A stretch of DNA of 47,056 bases from a virus (taxonomy: Duplodnaviria > Caudoviricetes), in the IMG/VR virus record IMGVR_UViG_3300023237_000017, positions 1 through 47,056 of that record. One strand, written 5' to 3'. The notes under the pieces are model-generated. The model did no database searches, was not told the DNA's origin, and worked only from the letters and a program-made list of their open reading frames with translations. The number at the start of each line of letters is the position of its first letter. The first letter of the stretch is position 1. The translations under genes were made by a program, and so were the position numbers. Positions 8,703 through 15,700 of this stretch are shown in pieces.

Positions 8703-9991
8703 CCGAGCAATGTATCCGCTTCTGCCTCACCCTTACGCCGCTGCCACTTCCCGTAATAGAACAGGACCACAGAGATCAGGATGACACCAAGAAAGAAAAT
8801 GGCAACCGTCTGACCGGTGTAAGCCTTAGTTGCCTTGATGATAGGCTCAACAGCGCCCAGCTGTTCCGCAGCCCAGCCCGCAGCAGCTACGCCGCCAAGC
8901 ATCTTGGCCTGCTCCGACTTCGCATATCCCTTGCCACGCTGGGCGTCCTGAATGCGCTCGACCTTTGGCGTCACACCCTTCGGCAAATAACTGATATCCT
9001 CGATTGCCTTTGGTGGCTTGGAAGCAACCGATCGTGGTGCCGTTTTGGCGGGCAGTGGAAATTCTGGGACTGGTTCCTTCTTCATCACGGCAAGCATCGC
9101 CGCATTGAGCCATGCAGTCTGCGCTGACTCTGGCGCCTGCTCATATCCGTCTGGCGTAGGAACTTCATTTCCACCAATAATCATTATGACTTTAGACATT
9201 GGTTTCGGGGCCTCTAGTAATAGGGGAGGGGTTTCGGTTTTAATGGGCGCGGGGATTACATCAGCAGGCAATTGTGCCGCAATCTCATGTGGTGGCAGGG
9301 GATGCTGGCGCGCGATGCGAAGCACATCCTCCCACGGTGTCTTGTAATCCACGCGGTCACGCCAGCGGCCTACTCCGTTCCAGTCGGGTTGCCAGATCGG
9401 GGTGGGTCTCAATTCGATCCGGCTCTCATCGCAGGCCTCAAACCCATCCAGCCCGAGGAACAGGCAGCCAAGGTGGAGGTTCCGGCGATAGAGACCGCGA
9501 TAGGCAACCTTCCATTCCTGCCCCTTAGTGAGCATCTTTCCATCAGGTCCGAACGCGGCATCCTTGACCGAGCCATCCGCGTTGAATGTCGTTCGCTTGG
9601 TCGCATACACCCAGTCGCCAAAGGCTGCCGCAGCATCCGCGTAGCGTCCGGCATTGATGTTGCCCAGAATGCCTTCAGACGTGGCAAAGGCGCCCGTGTT
9701 GTAATCCATCAGGACGCACGCATCGAACTGGTACTGGTTCAGCTTGTCGCCCGCGACCCTGCGTACATTATCCTCGTAACGCTTCATGGTCTGCTCAGAT
9801 ATAAGGTCATACTCGGCAGGCTTCAGGCTCATGCCTTTGCGCACCTTCGTCCCATCAGGGAGGATCGTGATGCCGTCACCGATCTGCCAGTTGCCAGCGG
9901 TATCCTGGTGAGCGGTAAGATTGGGACCAGATTTCGGGCGCTCGAACGCGGTGTTCACGCCCATCGCTATTGCAGATATGCCTGTAATCAT
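8699..9991 (-). CDS. Endolysin, GH24 lysozyme-like, with C-terminal membrane anchor
   Basis: FE...D..G.W.IG.G.T, LNQYQFDA.V..DYN.G, IN.G.Y..AA..F..W, GL.RR; Pro-rich linker; C-terminal TM. Confidence 0.85.
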   Translation of the reverse strand: MITGISAIAMGVNTAFERPKSGPNLTAHQDTAGNWQIGDGITILPDGTKVRKGMSLKPAEYDLISEQTMKRYEDNVRRVAGDKLNQYQFDACVLMDYNTGAFATSEGILGNINAGRYADAAAAFGDWVYATKRTTFNADGSVKDAAFGPDGKMLTKGQEWKVAYRGLYRRNLHLGCLFLGLDGFEACDESRIELRPTPIWQPDWNGVGRWRDRVDYKTPWEDVLRIARQHPLPPHEIAAQLPADVIPAPIKTETPPLLLEAPKPMSKVIMIIGGNEVPTPDGYEQAPESAQTAWLNAAMLAVMKKEPVPEFPLPAKTAPRSVASKPPKAIEDISYLPKGVTPKVERIQDAQRGKGYAKSEQAKMLGGVAAAGWAAEQLGAVEPIIKATKAYTGQTVAIFFLGVILISVVLFYYGKWQRRKGEAEADTLLG

Positions 9992-11475
9992 GGTCGCCTG
10001 CCCTCCTCAAGAATGGTTGTCAACATGCCCGCAGCCTCATCTGAGGCGAATACCGAGCACATGCCGCTGTCGCTGATCTGGAACGTCACCGATACACTAG
10101 GCTCTCCAGCCGGCGCCGGCGTAATCTGGTGGCGAAGGTCTGCAAGGAAGTGATTGCCCTTCGCTGCGCTGTCATCGCCTTGGAGAACCACAATCGCCAT
10201 CTCTAACTGGTCATCGCGCTCTGAAGTCAGGACAACCGTTTGCGAGGTTCCGAACTTCGCGCCCTTCGGAATCACCGGCAGGAACGACCCGCCGCTGGTC
10301 TCGATCCCATAAGGCAGGGATACGATGTCAGTATTGGCAGCCTGAGCCAGCCGGTTGTCATTGATTGCCGCCTTGATAGCAGCGCCCATTGCCACAACCT
10401 CATCAGGGTTGACGCCCTTCATCGGCTCCTTGCCATTAAAGAATGCCTTCACTGCATCGCGCACGATCGGCATACGGGTCATGCCTCCGACCATGACGAC
10501 ATGCTGGATATCCACCTTCTTGCGCTTGGCGTCATCGAGGCATTGCTTGGATATGGTCAGGGCTTCAAGAACGTAATCCTTTACCAGCCCCTCGAACTCG
10601 TCGCGGGTGATGACCTGCTTCAGGTGGACCGGCCTGTCATCCTTGTCAGTTGCCACAAAGGGAATGCTGATCGTCGTGCTCTGCTCATCAGACAGCTCGC
10701 GCTTGCCGCCCTCGGACGCATCCGCCAGCGTCAGCATGGACATCCGGCGCGGGCGCAGGTCGATATTGTTCTCTTCCCTGTACTTCTCCACCACGAAATC
10801 AGTCAGCCGCGAGTCGAAATCCACCCCGCCAAGGCGCTGCTTTCCATTGGTTTCCAGCACCTCCCAATAGCCCGAAGCGTACTGCACAACCGCCACGTCA
10901 AATGTCCCGCCGCCAAGGTCGAACACGAATGCCGTCGAGAACTTGTCAGGCTTCACACCCGAAGCGAGCGCCGCAGCCATAGGCTCATTGAGTGTCACCA
11001 CATCCTCGAACCCGGCCAGCTTCGCCGCGTCGAGTGTTGCCGTCTTCTGGTCTTCATTGAAGTAGGCCGGAACCGTGACAACCGCCCCCGTCACAGGCTT
11101 GCCCAGCCATTCCTCAGCCGTCAGACGCAGCTTGCGCAGGATCAGCGCGGAGATTTCAACAGGCGTGACAATCCCGTCCCTGCCCTGCAAGGCGATCATG
11201 CCATCAGGCCCCTCGATACCCTGAAGGCCATTGTCCGCATCGTCATCCCATGCCCGGCCAATGATCCGCTTGACGTTGGAGAACGTGAACTCGCCATTCA
11301 TTTTGACTTGGCCACGCGCCGAAGCGCCAACCAGGACCTCACCACTCTCCAGATAGGACACCACAGACGGCATGGTCCGGCGCCCGTCAGACATCGGGAT
11401 CACATGCGTATTTTGGCCATCATTGTAGGCCACACATGAGTTGGTCGTGCCAAGGTCAATGCCGATCGTGTTCAT
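9988..11475 (-). CDS. dnaK: Hsp70/DnaK-family protein lacking the helical lid (495 aa)
   Basis: IGIDLGTTNS, TVPAYF, NEP.AAA, FDLGGGTFDV, LGG.DFD, VGGMTRMP, NPDEVVAMGAA and a beta-SBD; start at ATG 11475, coupled to the upstream stop. Confidence 0.95.
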   Translation of the reverse strand: MNTIGIDLGTTNSCVAYNDGQNTHVIPMSDGRRTMPSVVSYLESGEVLVGASARGQVKMNGEFTFSNVKRIIGRAWDDDADNGLQGIEGPDGMIALQGRDGIVTPVEISALILRKLRLTAEEWLGKPVTGAVVTVPAYFNEDQKTATLDAAKLAGFEDVVTLNEPMAAALASGVKPDKFSTAFVFDLGGGTFDVAVVQYASGYWEVLETNGKQRLGGVDFDSRLTDFVVEKYREENNIDLRPRRMSMLTLADASEGGKRELSDEQSTTISIPFVATDKDDRPVHLKQVITRDEFEGLVKDYVLEALTISKQCLDDAKRKKVDIQHVVMVGGMTRMPIVRDAVKAFFNGKEPMKGVNPDEVVAMGAAIKAAINDNRLAQAANTDIVSLPYGIETSGGSFLPVIPKGAKFGTSQTVVLTSERDDQLEMAIVVLQGDDSAAKGNHFLADLRHQITPAPAGEPSVSVTFQISDSGMCSVFASDEAAGMLTTILEEGRRP

Positions 11476-12812
11476 TCTGCTGGCTCCAGTACGGGTTCCC
11501 CAACAGGCAGCGTGACACCAATATCGAGCGTCGATCTGTCGGACACAGGCACCTTGACGGCATCGCGCGCCTTGGCGTTCATGGCTGCTGCACGTCCACC
11601 CCAAGCGCCCCAAACCTTGGGGCCGGGCTTTGTTTCAGGCTCAGGCTCATCTTCTTGTTGCGGTTCTTGTGCAACAGTTTCTTCACTTTTTTCTTCCGTG
11701 TTTTCAACGGCTTCGGTTTCTTCGGGCTTTGTTTCCGTCTCGGGTTCCTGTTCCTGCGGGGCATCGGAGGCCTCCTCGTGACGGGCCAGTCCAGCCAATG
11801 CGTTGACGGCTGATACGGCTGCGATCATATCAGGGTAATCCCCCATCAGGATGGCGGCTTCAGCCTCAGCCTCACGCGCCAGCTTGCGCTTCAGGGCGAG
11901 GGCACGGATGCGGGCTGATGCCAGTTCGGACTCGTGGTGGATATCGGCAATGTCTTCCTCGATCGCCACATCCACGATGGTCCGCATGTAAGGACGCTTC
12001 AGGGCGACGTATGCGCCGAGACCGAGAGCCGCGATGGCTTCAATCAGCATGGCGAGGTAGAACAGCCCGCTATTTGACCATGCGTCCTGGCCGAGGAATG
12101 TGTGATCCCCGAGCCAGACGAACACGGCCCATGTCGTGTCTTGCTCTGCGACACTGGCGCCGTCCACGGTGGCAACATCTTTCTCATTCCTGATAGCCTC
12201 GATCTTGTCTTCAACCGCCTGCCGATCGGTGCGGGCCTGATCGCGATATCCCTTTTCTTCGACACGCAGGTCAGAGAGAGACTTCAGATCCTTCTCAGGA
12301 ATGCCCGGCACCCCGTCATCCTCGATCGCAGCCATCGCCCGTGCGACACTGGCCACAGAGCTTGCAAGGTCAGCACCTATCTCGGTCTTCTGCGCTTCCA
12401 GCTTTGTGATGCGCTCAGCCTTGGTTTCGATGGAGGCGGTATTGGTCGCCTCAACCATCGTGACAGATTGCTCTTTATCAGAGTGGCCGGCAGCAAAGAA
12501 GTTGATGGCAGACAAGAGGCAGGCTGCGACACACGCCACCCAGAGAACGCGCATGGTCGTTCGGGCTGCGTGGTTGCCGTCGCCTTTCTTGAACTTCTGG
12601 AGGAACACGCCGCTCGCCACAGCGACTGTGCGGAACACAATGCCAATCAGGACGAACACCAGCGTCAGCCAGCCGAACTCGACAAGGCTGCCGAAAAAGA
12701 TCATGTCGAGGATGTAGACGGCCACAACCGCGCTCACGAAAGCGAAGAACACCATGCGGTCTGCCATCTTGAGCAGGCCCGATCCGCTTACATTGGGAAG
12801 GCGAAGGTTCAT
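11472..12812 (-). CDS. Membrane protein: 3 TM, long coiled coil, TM, acidic tail
   Basis: Hydrophobicity pattern read from the translation; ATGA coupling at both ends. Confidence 0.75.
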   Translation of the reverse strand: MNLRLPNVSGSGLLKMADRMVFFAFVSAVVAVYILDMIFFGSLVEFGWLTLVFVLIGIVFRTVAVASGVFLQKFKKGDGNHAARTTMRVLWVACVAACLLSAINFFAAGHSDKEQSVTMVEATNTASIETKAERITKLEAQKTEIGADLASSVASVARAMAAIEDDGVPGIPEKDLKSLSDLRVEEKGYRDQARTDRQAVEDKIEAIRNEKDVATVDGASVAEQDTTWAVFVWLGDHTFLGQDAWSNSGLFYLAMLIEAIAALGLGAYVALKRPYMRTIVDVAIEEDIADIHHESELASARIRALALKRKLAREAEAEAAILMGDYPDMIAAVSAVNALAGLARHEEASDAPQEQEPETETKPEETEAVENTEEKSEETVAQEPQQEDEPEPETKPGPKVWGAWGGRAAAMNAKARDAVKVPVSDRSTLDIGVTLPVGEPVLEPAE

Positions 12813-13138
12813 GCCACTTCTCCCATTTCAAGACAGATCGTCGTCGTCAGGCCCTCATGGTGGATTGTCACATCCATGAAGTCCTTCTCGACAATCTCGC
12901 CCTTGTCCTGATCGAACACTTCTTCAGCCTGGCGAAACGCGAGCGCGATGCCGATACCGATGATACCTGCGTGGGCGCAATGAACCTTAAGCGACTGGAC
13001 AATAGCATCCCACATGGCCATGCCAGCGGATGCGTCATGCGCATTCGTGGGGATTTCAGCCTTGGTATACGGGCTTGCCTCACCCCATGACTCAATCGTC
13101 CTGAGAAGTAGATCGCCCGTTATCTGCATGTCTGTCAT
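12809..13138 (-). CDS. Hypothetical protein
   Basis: ATG 13138 directly after the upstream stop; coupled to the downstream gene. Confidence 0.6.
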   Translation of the reverse strand: MTDMQITGDLLLRTIESWGEASPYTKAEIPTNAHDASAGMAMWDAIVQSLKVHCAHAGIIGIGIALAFRQAEEVFDQDKGEIVEKDFMDVTIHHEGLTTTICLEMGEVA

Positions 13139-13139
13139 A

Positions 13140-13517
13140 TCAACCCCCAAAGTATCGCATGGCGAATGGAAGGGCTCTCTCAATGCCTGCGAAAACCAGC
13201 ATCCCGACCATCACTATGTACGGCATCCATTCCCGTTTCTGTTTGGGCGGCAGGCGCTCGCCAACTTCCCGCGCAATCTTGTTCTCGATCTTCTCCCATT
13301 GGAGATTGAAGGCAGCCTCGACCGTCTTCATGACGACCTCATTGATTTTCTCGGAGGTCTTGCCTTCGTGCTTTTCCAGCTGGCGACCGAGCTTTTCCCC
13401 GACACGCTCAATCGCAGCTGTCATGCCGCGCTCGATGGCCGTCAGGTGCTCATGTCCCGGCAGCCCGCGCACACGTTCCTCCAAAGCCCCGAACTCTTTC
13501 TCGCTGACCTCAGCCAC
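13140..13517 (-). CDS. Coiled-coil protein with C-terminal TM
   Basis: GTG 13517 overlaps the upstream stop; TM segment WMPYIVMVGMLVFAGI. Confidence 0.6.
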   Translation of the reverse strand: MAEVSEKEFGALEERVRGLPGHEHLTAIERGMTAAIERVGEKLGRQLEKHEGKTSEKINEVVMKTVEAAFNLQWEKIENKIAREVGERLPPKQKREWMPYIVMVGMLVFAGIERALPFAMRYFGG

Positions 13518-14004
13518 GAGACTTGCCAGTGATTTCGTATTCAAGCCCGAACAGGTAAGTGTGGCGGTCCTGCTGTTCCTTCGAGGCGGCGTTAGATCCA
13601 ACCAGGTCCCACAGGTTGCTCAGTTCCGCGCTCAGGCGGCGTTTCAGTTCCGGCAGGCTTTCGCCCTCACGCTGTTCATTGCGTAGCGCCTGCGATGGCT
13701 CAGCAGGCTTGGCGGCCTTTTCCAGTGTTTCGAGGGTGCGCTCCAGCGTCTCGCGTGGGCCTGGAACTTCGCGATCGACATAGACGATGCGATCAACAGG
13801 CACCTCAACACGGCGCTCGACTTCAACAATCTTCTCCACCTCGACAGTCTCAATGACCGTGTTGGTGATGGTGATCGGCTCAGGTGCGGGGGCTGGCGTC
13901 CTGTTGCGGCGCTTCAGGTCTTTGAAATACTGGGCGCGCTTGTGCCCGAACAACGCAATGTTGCCGTCACATTCGGATAGCTTAGGCGGGGCAAACGTGT
14001 CCAT
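13510..14004 (-). CDS. Hypothetical protein with Val/Glu/Pro alternating repeat
   Basis: VIETVEVEKIVEVERRVEVPVDRIVYVDREVP. Confidence 0.65.
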   Translation of the reverse strand: MDTFAPPKLSECDGNIALFGHKRAQYFKDLKRRNRTPAPAPEPITITNTVIETVEVEKIVEVERRVEVPVDRIVYVDREVPGPRETLERTLETLEKAAKPAEPSQALRNEQREGESLPELKRRLSAELSNLWDLVGSNAASKEQQDRHTYLFGLEYEITGKSRG

Positions 14005-14010
14005 GCCCTT

Positions 14011-14046
14011 GGGGTAGCATGGGGGCTGGGGATATAGCGGGAATGG
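14011..14046 (-). promoter_or_regulatory. Candidate late promoter of the Hsp70-lysis operon
   Basis: CCATTC-N6-TATCCCCAGCCCCC shared with 34381-34356; CCATTCCCGCTA shared with 7898-7887. Confidence 0.55.
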
Positions 14047-14049
14047 GGG

Positions 14050-14196
14050 TTATTTGCGCCTGCGCCTTCTTTGCCTTCTGGCAAGCCCATAAGCATACTT
14101 CCTCGCAATCTTTTCCAAAGGCAAGTCGCTCAACTGCATGTGCATCCACTCGCGTTGCGCAGATGACAGCGCGTAGTGATCCGCTATGAAGTTCAC
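14050..14196 (-). CDS. 48-aa Arg-tailed hypothetical protein
   Basis: Hand translation (GTG)NFIADHYALS...ARRQRRRRRK*. Confidence 0.35.
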   Translation of the reverse strand: MNFIADHYALSSAQREWMHMQLSDLPLEKIARKYAYGLARRQRRRRRK

Positions 14197-14205
14197 AATT
14201 GGCTC

Positions 14206-14385
14206 TCAAGCGTTCCTCTCTATCCATGCGATTATGTCTGCTTTGGTCGTCGTCTTGCCTTTCAGGGCAGCCAGTCCGGCAAGTATAGCGCCCTTTGGTC
14301 CGCCATGCAGAGCAGCCATCTCCTCCAGAAGCGAAATTTCTTCTTCGGAAAACCTGAATGATTTCGGGGTGTTGGGCTTTTTCAT
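14206..14385 (-). CDS. Ribbon-helix-helix (Arc/CopG-like) regulator
   Basis: MKKPNTPKSFRFSEEEISLLEEMA: alternating beta strand then helix; 59 aa. Confidence 0.6.
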   Translation of the reverse strand: MKKPNTPKSFRFSEEEISLLEEMAALHGGPKGAILAGLAALKGKTTTKADIIAWIERNA

Positions 14386-14391
14386 AGTCAC

Positions 14392-14456
14392 AATGTAGCG
14401 CATATTGAAAATAATGCAATACATTTGTTGACAGCGCACTACACATGCGCTACATT
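14392..14456. promoter_or_regulatory. Divergent sigma70-type promoters with operator repeats
   Basis: Plus: TTGACA(14428)-17-TACATT(14451). Minus: TTGCAT(14419)-16-TACATT(14397). Perfect 12-bp inverted repeat AATGTAGCGCAT / ATGCGCTACATT. Confidence 0.75.
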
Positions 14457-14462
14457 ACAAAG

Positions 14463-14644
14463 GTCAGCAGGGATTGCCGGAAGGCGCTGAGCGAAAATCC
14501 CAGAGGCCGATGTTTGAAAACTGAGAGAGACAGTCTGGACCGGAGAGGGCGTAGCGCGCTTTCCCCCGTCCCGATGGGGCGCCGGGTGCGACAAACACCC
14601 GGACACCACGCCAGCGATGGCGCAAAGCTACTGAGGAGCTTTCC
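14463..14644 (+). ncRNA. Structured 5' leader / candidate cis-regulatory RNA
   Basis: About 180 nt between promoter and ATG with several stems and two GNRA loops (GGAA, GCGA). Confidence 0.45.
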
Positions 14645-15379
14645 ATGTCTCAATCTATAACCTCCACACGCTTTCTCAAGGACTTTGAGGGACGCCGGGT
14701 CACAGCTTGCGCAATCTTCGTTGCGGCTTTTGGCTCAGCAGCCCTGAATGTTTGGGGAGCAACACAGATTTTCCCTGACTGGAAAGTCGGCATGATCTTC
14801 GCCGCAGTCGTTTCGGCTGGTGAGGTCATCGCCTTTCTCGCCCTTCGATCGATCATGAAGGACCGCGAAAACAATTGCTTCTGGAAGTCTCGGCTTGGTG
14901 CGCTCATCCTGGCTCTGGCAATCGCAGGCTGTGTCATCTCTGGCCACCGCGCGTTCCACACCCTTTCACTGGAAGCATCTGCCAATCACGGGGCTCTCGT
15001 GATCCGCGCAGAAGCTGCCCAGAAAGAGGCTGACAAATATCTGGCGACCCTGCTCAGCGACGACACGGGCGTAATTCGTGCTCGCTGGGAATCACGGCAG
15101 GACCGCGCTGATGCGGCCAAGCTCCGCGTCATGAAGTCCGAACCCCTGCCTGCGTCGATAACCTACGTGTTCCTCGCCCTGTTTGAAATCATCAAGATTG
15201 GTGGTCTCTGGGCGCTGGCGACACCATCGACAAAGGGCCTGACAAAAGCCCAGCGCAAGTCGCTGAAGCGTCGGGCCAAAATCACGGAAGCCAAGGCTAA
15301 TGCCGACTTCGAGCGCAAGCTCGCAGAGGTTTCCGATGCGGACGACAGCAATGTCATCCCGATGGCTGCGAAAGCGTAA
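14645..15379 (+). CDS. Moron-type 4-TM membrane protein (superinfection-exclusion candidate)
   Basis: Only + strand gene in the late region; own promoter, GAGGAG RBS and terminator; 3 TM, coil, TM, basic tail. Confidence 0.7.
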   Translation: MSQSITSTRFLKDFEGRRVTACAIFVAAFGSAALNVWGATQIFPDWKVGMIFAAVVSAGEVIAFLALRSIMKDRENNCFWKSRLGALILALAIAGCVISGHRAFHTLSLEASANHGALVIRAEAAQKEADKYLATLLSDDTGVIRARWESRQDRADAAKLRVMKSEPLPASITYVFLALFEIIKIGGLWALATPSTKGLTKAQRKSLKRRAKITEAKANADFERKLAEVSDADDSNVIPMAAKA

Positions 15380-15389
15380 CTCCCACCTC

Positions 15390-15424
15390 GCCCCTTGCGT
15401 TAATTCGCAGGGGGCTTCTTTTTT
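15390..15424 (+). terminator. Rho-independent terminator
   Basis: GCCCCTTGCG / CGCAGGGGGC stem followed by TTCTTTTTT. Confidence 0.85.
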
Positions 15425-15516
15425 GGCCAGACCTCAGACTTGATCCACATACCAATCCCGACGACAGCCAGAATGGCCACGCCTGTAATCAGGCCGCTTG
15501 CGATGAGATCCATCAT
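15400..15516 (-). CDS. 38-aa single-TM micropeptide
   Basis: MMDLIASGLITGVAILAVVGIGMWIKSEVWPKKKPPAN*; ATGA-coupled. Confidence 0.55.
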   Translation of the reverse strand: MMDLIASGLITGVAILAVVGIGMWIKSEVWPKKKPPAN

Positions 15517-15611
15517 TTCTTCTTCCACTTCGCGCGATAGTGCTTGAACGTCATGAGGCCCGCAGCGAATATTCCTGCTGCGATGATATTTGCCAGTAAG
15601 TCCTCGCTCAT
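15513..15611 (-). CDS. 32-aa single-TM micropeptide
   Basis: MSEDLLANIIAAGIFAAGLMTFKHYRAKWKKK*; ATGA-coupled. Confidence 0.55.
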   Translation of the reverse strand: MSEDLLANIIAAGIFAAGLMTFKHYRAKWKKK

Positions 15612-15700
15612 TTCTTCTGCCCCACGAAATCGCTGAGGATCAGGGCGAGGAACATCAGGCAGCCAACGCCAAATAAGATCAGGTCTTGTCGATCAAACAT
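15608..15700 (-). CDS. 30-aa single-TM micropeptide
   Basis: MFDRQDLILFGVGCLMFLALILSDFVGQKK*; TGATG-coupled to the giant gene. Confidence 0.55.
   Translation of the reverse strand: MFDRQDLILFGVGCLMFLALILSDFVGQKK

Noticed and set aside
10240-11439. 399-aa + strand ORF opposite the Hsp70
   Set aside because: Long antisense ORFs are a known by-product of codon bias in GC-rich hsp70 genes; no recognisable motifs
14011-14049. G-quadruplex from five G-tracts on the + strand
   Set aside because: Better explained as the complement of the C-rich promoter motif shared with 34356-34381; not excluded
14600-14640. c-di-GMP-I riboswitch resemblance (GCGA loop followed by GCAAAGCTA)
   Set aside because: Lacks the receptor internal loop and the second arm; the start codon follows too closely
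14490-14642. Hammerhead ribozyme (CTGAGGA at 14631 and GCGAAA at 14491)
   Set aside because: No UH cleavage site next to stem I and no stem III can be built
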